A DNA stretch of 64,000 nt, from positions 7,014-71,013 of the forward strand of contig CAMIYN010000001.1 of the NCBI GenBank assembly GCA_946403075.1, given 5' to 3'. The translations under genes and the position numbers were made by a program. Every line of letters starts with the position of its first letter. Positions within the stretch are counted from its first letter, which is position 1. Shown here piece after piece: positions 62,101-64,000 of this stretch. The notes beneath the pieces are model-generated. The model worked only from the letters and a program-made list of their open reading frames with translations, was not told the DNA's origin and made no database searches. The stretch comes from an uncultured Lachnospiraceae bacterium (GTDB taxonomy: Bacteria; Bacillota; Clostridia; Lachnospirales; Lachnospiraceae).

Positions 62101-62484
62101 GTTCTCCCCTGCAACGGCATCTTCTGCATTTTCTGTATTCTCGTTTTCTTCATATTCCCCATCGGGCTCGCGATGCTTCGCCCCTACGGCTTCTACTTCT
62201 ATATCTTCATCAATTCCATTTAACTCATCACTATTTTCACCTTCAGCAAAAAACTCACCACCTTCATTTGGTGCTGTGGTATTTGTATCTTCCACGGTTT
62301 CGCTACTACTATCACTTTTTGGTTTTGTGCTAGCAAGTGTTGACACAGCATTACTGCTTATCAACATACTTAATAGTAGCACAAAAGAGATAACTCTCTT
62401 TAAGTTACCCACAGTAAATATTTTTGCGGTAAAACTTTTTACTCCTTTTTTAATTTTTAAAAAGTTAGTCATATGTGTTTTCAT
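47173..62484 (-). CDS. Giant (5103 aa) modular secreted/cell-surface protein. Signal anchor, acidic repeat region, ~1000-aa Tyr/Trp/Cys-rich region, five HxH..CG...CL(N/S/R/A)G + beta-helix-like modules alternating with Listeria-Bacteroides (Flg_new-type) repeats, then C-terminal cell-wall-binding-like repeats
   Basis: A single uninterrupted 15.3-kb frame in a stop-rich AT genome, with strong SD AAAGGAGGT 7 nt before the ATG. N-terminal hydrophobic segment VISFVLLLSMLISSNAVSTLA. Repeated ..GF.(V/L)VGW.. ~70-aa units (e.g. GFELVGWSPYKEG, GFKVVGWVSENG, FRFVGWTPIE, GFRIVGWKSS, GFTLVGYTNG). The C-terminus ..NGESYFFKETGEMA.. resembles choline/cell-wall-binding repeats. Confidence 0.85.
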   Translation of the reverse strand: MKTHMTNFLKIKKGVKSFTAKIFTVGNLKRVISFVLLLSMLISSNAVSTLASTKPKSDSSSETVEDTNTTAPNEGGEFFAEGENSDELNGIDEDIEVEAVGAKHREPDGEYEENENTENAEDAVAGENPSNAGAKYPVSDGEYLENENKENKSDDTVETNPNTVGEKHREPDGEYEENENTENAEDAVVGANENNVGANHWEPADDNENNDNEVVGANENNVGAKHREPDETNEENENIENAEDAVVGANPNDVEVKYPVPDINTIDNGTAASPSTASEASIENNDDETKIDENITNYIDLFIKNQKSGITENNWKIVKVLMQGTDERQEISVPYKEEQEIKEALLYEELLLSPIVSVVISDDYGLKKVVVVPAVWKNIYNEKEVIESIKNEDNNAEISFQLDKDRLIKEVEAAISSGVDKYENYTGKEELSSIYMPAEIANSVLRELYDRSYEALKLEGIIKEENEKEDTEETNPWDPEVEHAKNEVDEEYSIFEADAEYLENENIDSDDMKINNDESSAIHVPNRQNKYGNDGEHGAKTDAENVGIDGASLHDDISGEKVMEESHSFVPMDKSEIEYVENENIENDEINTEATSLQDDLPLQSEGAEEYDENELKIFTINNYIKDEEVLGKVIENYKTIIRKMILGSSEQEVETVARSKKLGAVEDNGEKIEENEKDGFELPNIKRGIKYGEVEHTPSSGSHKYKNDADNKFYETFGDPYHKKYSYYYAPISTFPKTPYYISDIDWYYDEAYYYEHFIRGGHPYSTSTSFYNRFYIDQDMFDWNTFFVNGEIPIPLKRGISLEMTICLNGKNIKNFYVVGNPWFTLHIYNCKNNVATIYSNPEKSCFFYSPNAWFGSLSIISGGTQEFNRGCIDFMPTSDRLTKWCDVYVDADDWEYIWRETILEPDKPWKYQCGERAKIGYCGWCGRYMYGHKLPNFIWSLRGIKFRAPVHIRPGSFRTLNNHPACYIYNCVFDYNDFQMNYKSYGRISVANDIPLLFDGLNKVYLKDVKFMNFNMTNKGKTIAYQPILEIYRVENTFLHSDVKFINCSSGLYWHYGNQNLYPEKIAEGTYYDYGNYHPKVEICGVSFSDCHQKNKYYLVREVINAKYRKYFDYNPYIHYDPSRELREWLNKAEDQWEIGYGYISGDEIRELRDLYVPGPKDANSLMEFRLEEKGEGSALDYADIVFTPRTSSTIVGDGVLAEYIYLKDSIDIVQDFTSAKVYDCTLRAPAINIENNSTIGSRLIYKSRNYTIERYGSIVNQVEWGPWIKASPYRARLYTTIQAVASVRIQNNTCNYNINPCYIDESREYSPTSYPVGMRLNGTDTRIGGSLVIKDNTLASVEGIFNYDTHFKTFIHTTDDPHVIRPTSLDVIMLRDWYNITNGQLEIGRTKAEMERGLISPWIILEPPKFPDRYMSAAGISSYRDYFAGLTFSLINYRNDTWRNHYFIMKDHLFKLENDDVKRCGPIANEGNSSITFSYVYEDKNETRQIFGNVTKDNRFGREGCIVLKTHRSNNNDEYLIPNYLYEIYKDTPEKYDGTGLYWVDDPNSPRPGYVQRIYGDDELKKQYSWAYLYGKEGFFYPDNDFPIREARANFNNHNPLMPFKFQVYNPSSRGYGPSSMWFPGDYSAGNKDYIIEYRLSAPDSMEWKSVLGNGQETSIIQYATIDKSITLFDKMWTIQSEEEEVKQIGWTLTEGSDNIDFELREKLTKGIPGAAIGSKIILYPVWNNATHTHSLCGCIKNRCNHSSEIKTEFLNNGIDLNEEVLFEGVTKISDIVDNGNFYLKQNIVEKKTITVNGTLNLCLRGKKIEGVSFEGSGKVNIVNCFTKSNATLKNDSVNIFSEDLTVNIIQKLLVEVEVKRTEADEYIKDVKILKMSKQTAKSTFDSKGYVMLETNLNQGTDGAELYLGYQMTTNKSEAIWGIGERWFNDDGRNPKDFTGLSNKDYVAITDFDGNAWNLNEGCSEGNFVYLYKTTTQGSGYPVSAVEVIASNTSKSLYEITETDKYEAVVNATNGELADFNRGVNSDRIYIRYMCGKIDEKNLISLKSRIIVKCDSLAFGKKAVVCGAELSSSSSSVNLGQAVHYGENYSGWTISETNISGYRGNGENILYDFSNVKFIGDINISGENRNYPLVALNENVNIEKSNIKIANSKVERAGMLSIGNGVAIKNSSIDISGNTIVAGNIDIAIVDYSSDGAFDISNDVKLNISNNKITENNFSNRIFAAMRFGSSQSIKAGNTTIKVKDNKGNSNGVMYQVYSENSEGFIELVEGAGGKLSKDTEMTVAFSTDDGSGTIVTNWNEETVEDVTKYREMFKADTNLYKNLIVNEYKIEEMVVIENMHTHLLCGVKEGCSISCKEIGEEHTTRYKYKAINALSDINNESRAFSLSRDISNQEVAINNEVSLCLSGYSLTNVTFTGSGILYLVNCEYNGEPKESKLTNVKIGDNLKIYVMGRKGITVNGVDGYFINTNREIGMYGVDGNFELKNNANFIEKASKVVIEKTSLKAKVDSGSKLIKSADDFYVSGLSINNSTFNGEIISVGNDVKNIYIVGDKFEIKQNTINSNKSPQGIVEVTDDSSIYFKGAGLELINNQYSNYTDLSSGILSGIYLTKSAYLDFTEYGYVKSRIGEKIGAGIYSENVKAFMRGNETDNKMDVDVLFTNRTNGRGLIMQNNKLEQVGISFNSVRENEGLVVYVTETKDIRIGIPGEAIDRKYRLNYQRGVAKGRDGSIRDISGPDNYIKEVESLGGVITFLNKTENPYMVDGFELVGWSPYKEGVDENGKSDITKPGEGRAAFEEVEDDEEILIYAIWEQKTYTIKYRSEVISVGGSDVIPKGEHPDQIAYYRDSVVLSTNLTEENAEIIKAAGFKVVGWVSENGYRYNVGEVVEDGINNDLSEIILTAVWANKKYNLEFKSGREDIIDVTIRDGEYEYYENIDLRNMYPEQETVDFVGWTITKIYDADGKDLVESEILGKRFTGNSEKGLVDIDGARIVLTAVWKNLEYEITYNKGRAIDFNGNEHEVKLDEGIVVSNTLAELNENVKLNENYYYADGFAFMGWSLQETDTTGTLYQPLVEIPSLATKRGVVPVFAIWKEVEYSIEYTAGYTTTEKMDDDTGSYFADERLKRNTYEAREGTVANGWKVKKVRYKDKNGVEVEEVISPEIVLIGSNMKKSGLTERDGSVVVLEVNWMPVDANHTHKVCGVTGSCNHLGDSHSSNYRYTAIAAIEDLTRRVADAYSGSKIYVFLTQITGEEDKITELTVPNNVELNICLAGNMLQNIEINGEGIVNLSNCKDMYGEIEINHEDNNLSMFSGVYCNIYGGKEKIKITTSKTNIAYIFNKISATVLYNVDIQVEASGIATFALNSFNVWDTISVHDCDIDEFVINDSRMVLKDCVVEKVVSEGNIFYNTDITFNGDNYINNNTVSSDLFDIRTIAIDGNLDIKDNTANTGNILKVTKFTMTQGKKLDINGNTGRGRIVSIVASQGAGNVHVALDTDILITKNRLITANNYVENNAIFWLDYNGEAIILGNLDISNNYITTRGIGLRLVDGNSASVIKLGNGYLNVKNNRSESSTGQVVEVLANNSNGFLETYEGCRFDTTKSSMTVAFTNVTLGTIYKEFTNQHITQGKDAREEYKKVFNADTGLHNYNLLSVILEEDDVKIVTVQGYRIVYRGGIARKHRGGTVEVEGDEYSQDVRSIMSTQVLSNNRFEAKQFRFVGWTPIENISYSEEKVVAFMAGSPIPDLDYARKTINGVDVVYLYGLWEEYTYKIEYESGHEAAQGKIETQEPYYYDSVIIRASNFIREHYKSASWEVVRIIDKNGNNVSSNNVQIGNTFRPRDEVREWLGVNGGTVVLRAVWTYVDDDGSHKHKDCGQINELDCEHTGVAQHRSNSEVYAEWRDTDSVEQAITRGQGYYYLGTDITKNTDTVITVRGKLVICLNGFNLTGVRFQATGSSQYEVVITNCQEEKAVYTNLGSNNVFTGVKGRIYGKTEIDVVADRIINGNGFKAINATFTQRTTGTKSNSVIVGNGVEFALAKVKFVGYKTTQMLISLSDINANEVNVDEYITEFIVEGGEFSNLVRLDNSKLTINTMSVSGVDVRENIFKIENSTALQFENDIAIEDNYRIGEGVINLINQSITNVKMAKVSIRDNKNLKYAIRTAEGTKWISQVDSEINVVGNEFVALNGLQGAVEMYGTIEAGGQINISENTFLVGTGEKAGLLVGSKGLLEIGDANIKVIGNLSDGEIHQVYSLRNDGFMKTKSNSKFKLAESDMEIALADPYTGVVYNNFNEETVLGLNEIDPTERIRAETGGVRKNLSTMITIIDGEEKLIIGKSLAGIKYNLVYNVGEGIGSNGEKYSPSDSSITYNDVEGERIKLKPDNTFTLEGFRIVGWKSSINDNQYEPNAEVSLIEMGVEDSGITITFTAIWVEKTYNIRYNTDDEGATLSVTDDINVGYYKSIELSTDAVEKENCYIKSWKITKVLNKSGNDISYLYNMVGNEYNPGAKIQKFINEDGATIIFTAILEETKVLFSFTINGSIASDGNSKTPSQTSVPSQSIGMGNKITFTDDGAKMKGFTLVGYTNGTKTFKLNTAYDVSTDNFKINIDNNNNYTVNLVSVWEENKYTLKLTKNTDSLISGSDVSQELKYYQRYVIGQTVFRKPGYRINRWKVNKINNVGDTAIDTALANGQITARYYVMPDDTNSITDLPVSQLLDIKDGSIELIAELENTHKHYTNGKGQDTSGNVGKFAYEPLTQGGVSALKTAFYDADNPQSTKMGFFFLTEDIKLTDDMPVNGYAGICLNGYDLDMDGHSFINKGMMYIYICSCRRTEKPGNGGQVIVYDGTAYTDRQPAFDNYTYIYIYAYTLDGGLGYVNINVTPFGTGMNTSTGPNVQTTRENNMSNRRSNAMGSSSSSGEAELNSSGEAPINSRGEPLGARVQDSSDNRRGEPLGARVQDSSDSRRGEVPRAQLQDSSNFKSNLETTKNILNMLYAVSVNNILTDSKVYDSGNFIDANGKLQYIIDDDKLRNGIYKIKIGNKINIYSFDRDGNIETGIKVINGESYFFKETGEMAINEKVRYGNVEYEVNDLGIIKNRIILQL
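47176..47460 (-). other. C-terminal cell-wall/glucan-binding-like repeat region of the giant protein
   Basis: SGNFIDANGKLQYII..., NIYSFDRDGNIETG, INGESYFFKETGEMAINE, VEYEVNDLGII are degenerate aromatic-Gly ~20-aa repeats of the CW_binding_1 type. Confidence 0.45.
47551..47740. repeat. Three full GC-rich repeat units (exact 48-nt period) plus half copies, translated inside the giant ORF
   Basis: Cores at 47568-47591, 47616-47639 and 47664-47687. Half copies GGGGCTTCGCCACTAC (47697-47712) and GGCTTCACCACTAC. Translated as ..SRGEPLGARVQDSSDNRRGEPLGARVQDSSDSRRGEVPRAQLQDSS.. Confidence 0.9.
47887..48015. repeat. Two AT dinucleotide tracts, (AT)8 at 47887-47902 and (AT)6A at 48003-48015, inside the giant ORF
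   Basis: Read directly from the sequence. They encode ..TYIYIYAYT.. and ..MYIYICSC.. Confidence 0.9.
56370..56870 (-). other. Three-fold beta-prism-like (MABP-like) insert within module 1 of the giant protein
   Basis: Three similar segments: GYVMLETNLNQGTDGAELYLGYQ, DYVAITDFDGNAWNLNEGCSEGNFVYLYK, YEAVVNATNGELADFNRGVNSDRIYIRYM. The pattern (GY.v....(D/N)(L/F)N.G....YL.Y) recalls MABP/beta-prism repeats. From memory only. Confidence 0.3.
61702..62187. repeat. Six GC-rich repeat cores plus half copies embedded in ~190-bp tandem repeats, translated in the N-terminal acidic region of the giant ORF
   Basis: Perfect or near-perfect cores at 61798-61821, 61876-61899 (type b), 61972-61995 and 62164-62187. 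Diverged cores at 61702-61725 and 62068-62091. Translated as VGAKHREPDGEYEENENTENAEDA, VGANHWEP, VGEKHREP. Confidence 0.9.
62329..62484 (-). other. N-terminal signal peptide / membrane anchor of the giant protein
   Basis: A basic stretch (KIKKGVKSFTAKIFTVGNLKR) followed by hydrophobic VISFVLLLSMLISSNAVSTLAS. Confidence 0.6.
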
Positions 62485-62549
62485 ATCAACTACCTCCTTT
62501 GTTAAATGGATTGATGTTTATATTTTTATAATTTAATGTTGGATAATTT

Positions 62550-62629
62550 AACTATCTTGCTTCGGACTCGTGGTACTTCGCCCCTACTATTTATTTGGGG
62601 TTCGCCCCTACGGCCCCTACGATTGCAAC
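62550..62629. repeat. GC-rich repeat unit(s) in the leader 70-145 nt upstream of the giant ORF start
   Basis: Linker ACTATCTTGCTTC, core GGACTCGTGGTACTTCGCCCCTAC (62564-62587), then TATTTATTTGGGGTTCGCCCCTACGGCCCCTACG. Confidence 0.9.
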
Positions 62630-63297
62630 AATAGGCAGAAAAATTCTATCTACCCCACTATATTATATAGCAAAATGAACCAATTTAAAATTGGTCGCAA
62701 TATTCCATCAAAATTATAACACAATATTAAATTTTTTACAATAAAAAAATGCGAAAAAATTATTTAAATTTTATTGGTCCTTGTAAAATACAAACAATTT
62801 TAAAATTATTTAAATACTATGTATAATATATGGGATTTTTAGACTGTGTAATATTAAATAGTATAAATTTATAATAGTTTTAATAAAGTATTTTTATTAA
62901 CTTAAAAAATTTTAGTAATTTAACACTATGGTATATTGAGAATTTGTTGAATTTTTTAGTATTTTCAATTATTTTACCTTAAATTGTATGAATTTTATAA
63001 ATTTTTTGCTCTTTCAAATTGAATATGGGGTTTTAGGCATTTTCTAAACAACTAATTTTGTCACTAAAACCAACAGAACTTTTTGCTGAATTGTAGAGGA
63101 CTATTCCAATATAGTAGTTTTCTTGCTATAGAAAAATATTACTGAATCGTAGAGAAGCACTGCGACATAGTGTGTAGGGTAAAATTTGTAAATAATAAAT
63201 TCTATGCCACCAAAAAATTTAATGTCGCCCACATTTTATATAAGAAAACTACTGTTTTGGAATTAAAGGTTCAGTTTCAATATAGATAACAATAGTT

Positions 63298-64000
63298 TTA
63301 CTGAAAATCAATAGATTTTTTTATCACAACAAAAATAACTACAAATTGAATTAAAGGAATTAAAAAAAGAAAATCATTTTTAAACAAAAAACTATTAGTA
63401 TATAGACTGATACTTCCAACAAATAGCATAAAAGTTGTGAGACCAAAGGCAAAACCTTTATAATTTTTAAGACTATTTGACACCAAAATCAAAGTTATTG
63501 GCATACTGATATTAAAAGTAAAAATTCCTAAAAGCAATAAAAAAAAGTTTTGATAAAAATAAAAACAAATAGTAGATGTTATTAGACTAATAGTTATGAC
63601 TCTTTTTATACCATATCGATCTGCCAAAATTCCTCCTGCCAATTTCCCAAAAAAAGTTGCCAAAACTACCAAAATTGATTGAAAAAAAATTAATGAAAAA
63701 TTAAAATTTGAAAAAAAAGACCTAAGACCTATTGCAATTAATAAAAAAATTATAGAAAAAATTGTGTTAAACCGAATGTCCTTGTCATTATTCTCAACAT
63801 TTTCTATATACCCAAATGAATTTTTTATGACATACAAAAATAAAATAAAAAAAATTATAATCAACCTAACATAATTTATAAAATTTATCTCATAACTGAT
63901 TAAAATTTTTGATAAAAAAACTCCTATAGTTCCAGTTGAAACATAAATTCCTACAAACTTAGAAAGCCCCCCACTTCTCTCCAAGACTTCTTTTCCACAA
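63298..64000 (-). CDS. Polytopic membrane transporter, MFS-like C-terminal half (5' end outside the window)
   Basis: The frame remains open upstream of the track's TTG (..CGKEVLERSGGLSKF..) to the window edge. About 6 TM helices. GGILADRYGIKRV resembles the MFS D-R-x-G-R motif. Confidence 0.5.
   Translation of the reverse strand, partial: CGKEVLERSGGLSKFVGIYVSTGTIGVFLSKILISYEINFINYVRLIIIFFILFLYVIKNSFGYIENVENNDKDIRFNTIFSIIFLLIAIGLRSFFSNFNFSLIFFQSILVVLATFFGKLAGGILADRYGIKRVITISLITSTICFYFYQNFFLLLLGIFTFNISMPITLILVSNSLKNYKGFAFGLTTFMLFVGSISLYTNSFLFKNDFLFLIPLIQFVVIFVVIKKSIDFQ

Noticed and set aside
61601-62536. Long plus-strand ORFs (e.g. 61601-62536 311 aa, 30907-31596 229 aa, 42313-42822 169 aa, 20568-21065 165 aa, 23075-23284, 27504-27836, 47360-47797).
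   Set aside because: Each lies antisense to a strongly supported minus-strand gene, or spans stop-poor GC-rich repeats. The products are low-complexity (F/L/S/I-rich), with no SD sequence or recognisable motifs. They are shadow ORFs.
63090-63180. Two ~35-nt direct repeats (CTGAATTGTAGAGGACTATTCCAATATAGTAG / CTGAATCGTAGAGAAGCACTGCGACATAGTGT) that might be inverted, AT-drifted copies of the GC-rich core (GTAGAGAAGCACTGCGA vs GTAGGGGCGAAGCATCGCGA).
   Set aside because: Similarity to the core is only partial and cannot be distinguished from chance by eye. Kept as a note because, if real, these would be the only opposite-orientation copies in the window.
1-64000. Prophage, IS element, integrative element or toxin-secretion locus that could explain the accessory segments.
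   Set aside because: No integrase, transposase, recombinase, phage structural gene, tRNA attachment site or flanking long direct/inverted repeats were found by reading all six frames of the ORF track and the intergenic regions.

Overview
Strongly AT-rich chromosomal segment that looks like Clostridia or another low-GC Firmicute. Every credible gene (about 60) is on the minus strand, and the long plus-strand ORFs in the track are antisense shadows. In transcription order (high to low coordinates) the window holds: a partial MFS-like transporter; a ~0.8-kb AT-rich leader; one 15.3-kb ORF (5103 aa) for a giant modular surface protein; modABC; a feo locus (Cys-rich mini membrane protein, two feoA, feoB); an orphan ZnuA/TroA-like lipoprotein; a PIN-like gene plus a small ORF; a rubredoxin-like mini-ORF; TetR + MFP + RND pump + two TolC-like genes; and EamA. 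A housekeeping block follows (mtaB, ireB, ruvX, DUF1292, rnj, asp23, nusB, xseA, xseB, ispA-like, tlyA, nadK, recN, DUF212). After it come a PanK-like gene, envelope polysaccharide genes, plsC and an aminotransferase. The low-coordinate end holds a decayed restriction/defence islet with an intact orphan adenine methyltransferase, a TetR-controlled nine-gene cluster (lipoprotein flavodoxin, lipoprotein DUF362, flavin reductase, cupin, ABM, permease, ECF-S, DUF4405/cyclophilin-like fusion), YjbR, and a second, partial adenine methyltransferase at the window edge. Gene content does not explain one signal: a GC-rich repeat family. Its 24-nt cores on the + strand are GGGCTCGCGATGCTTCGCCCCTAC or GGGCTCCCAnnGGTTCGCCCCTAC, in a ~47-nt unit. 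It occurs at 8 clear loci plus AT-drifted relics, always in the same orientation. It forms intergenic arrays (one splits xseA from xseB) and also in-frame translated segments, in the aminotransferase N-terminus and at both ends of the giant ORF. There the same DNA is read in two different frames, and one core supplies the giant ORF's stop codon. I recognised no rRNA, tRNA, CRISPR array, transposase, integrase or phage gene. All calls come from reading the sequence and motif memory; no searches were run.
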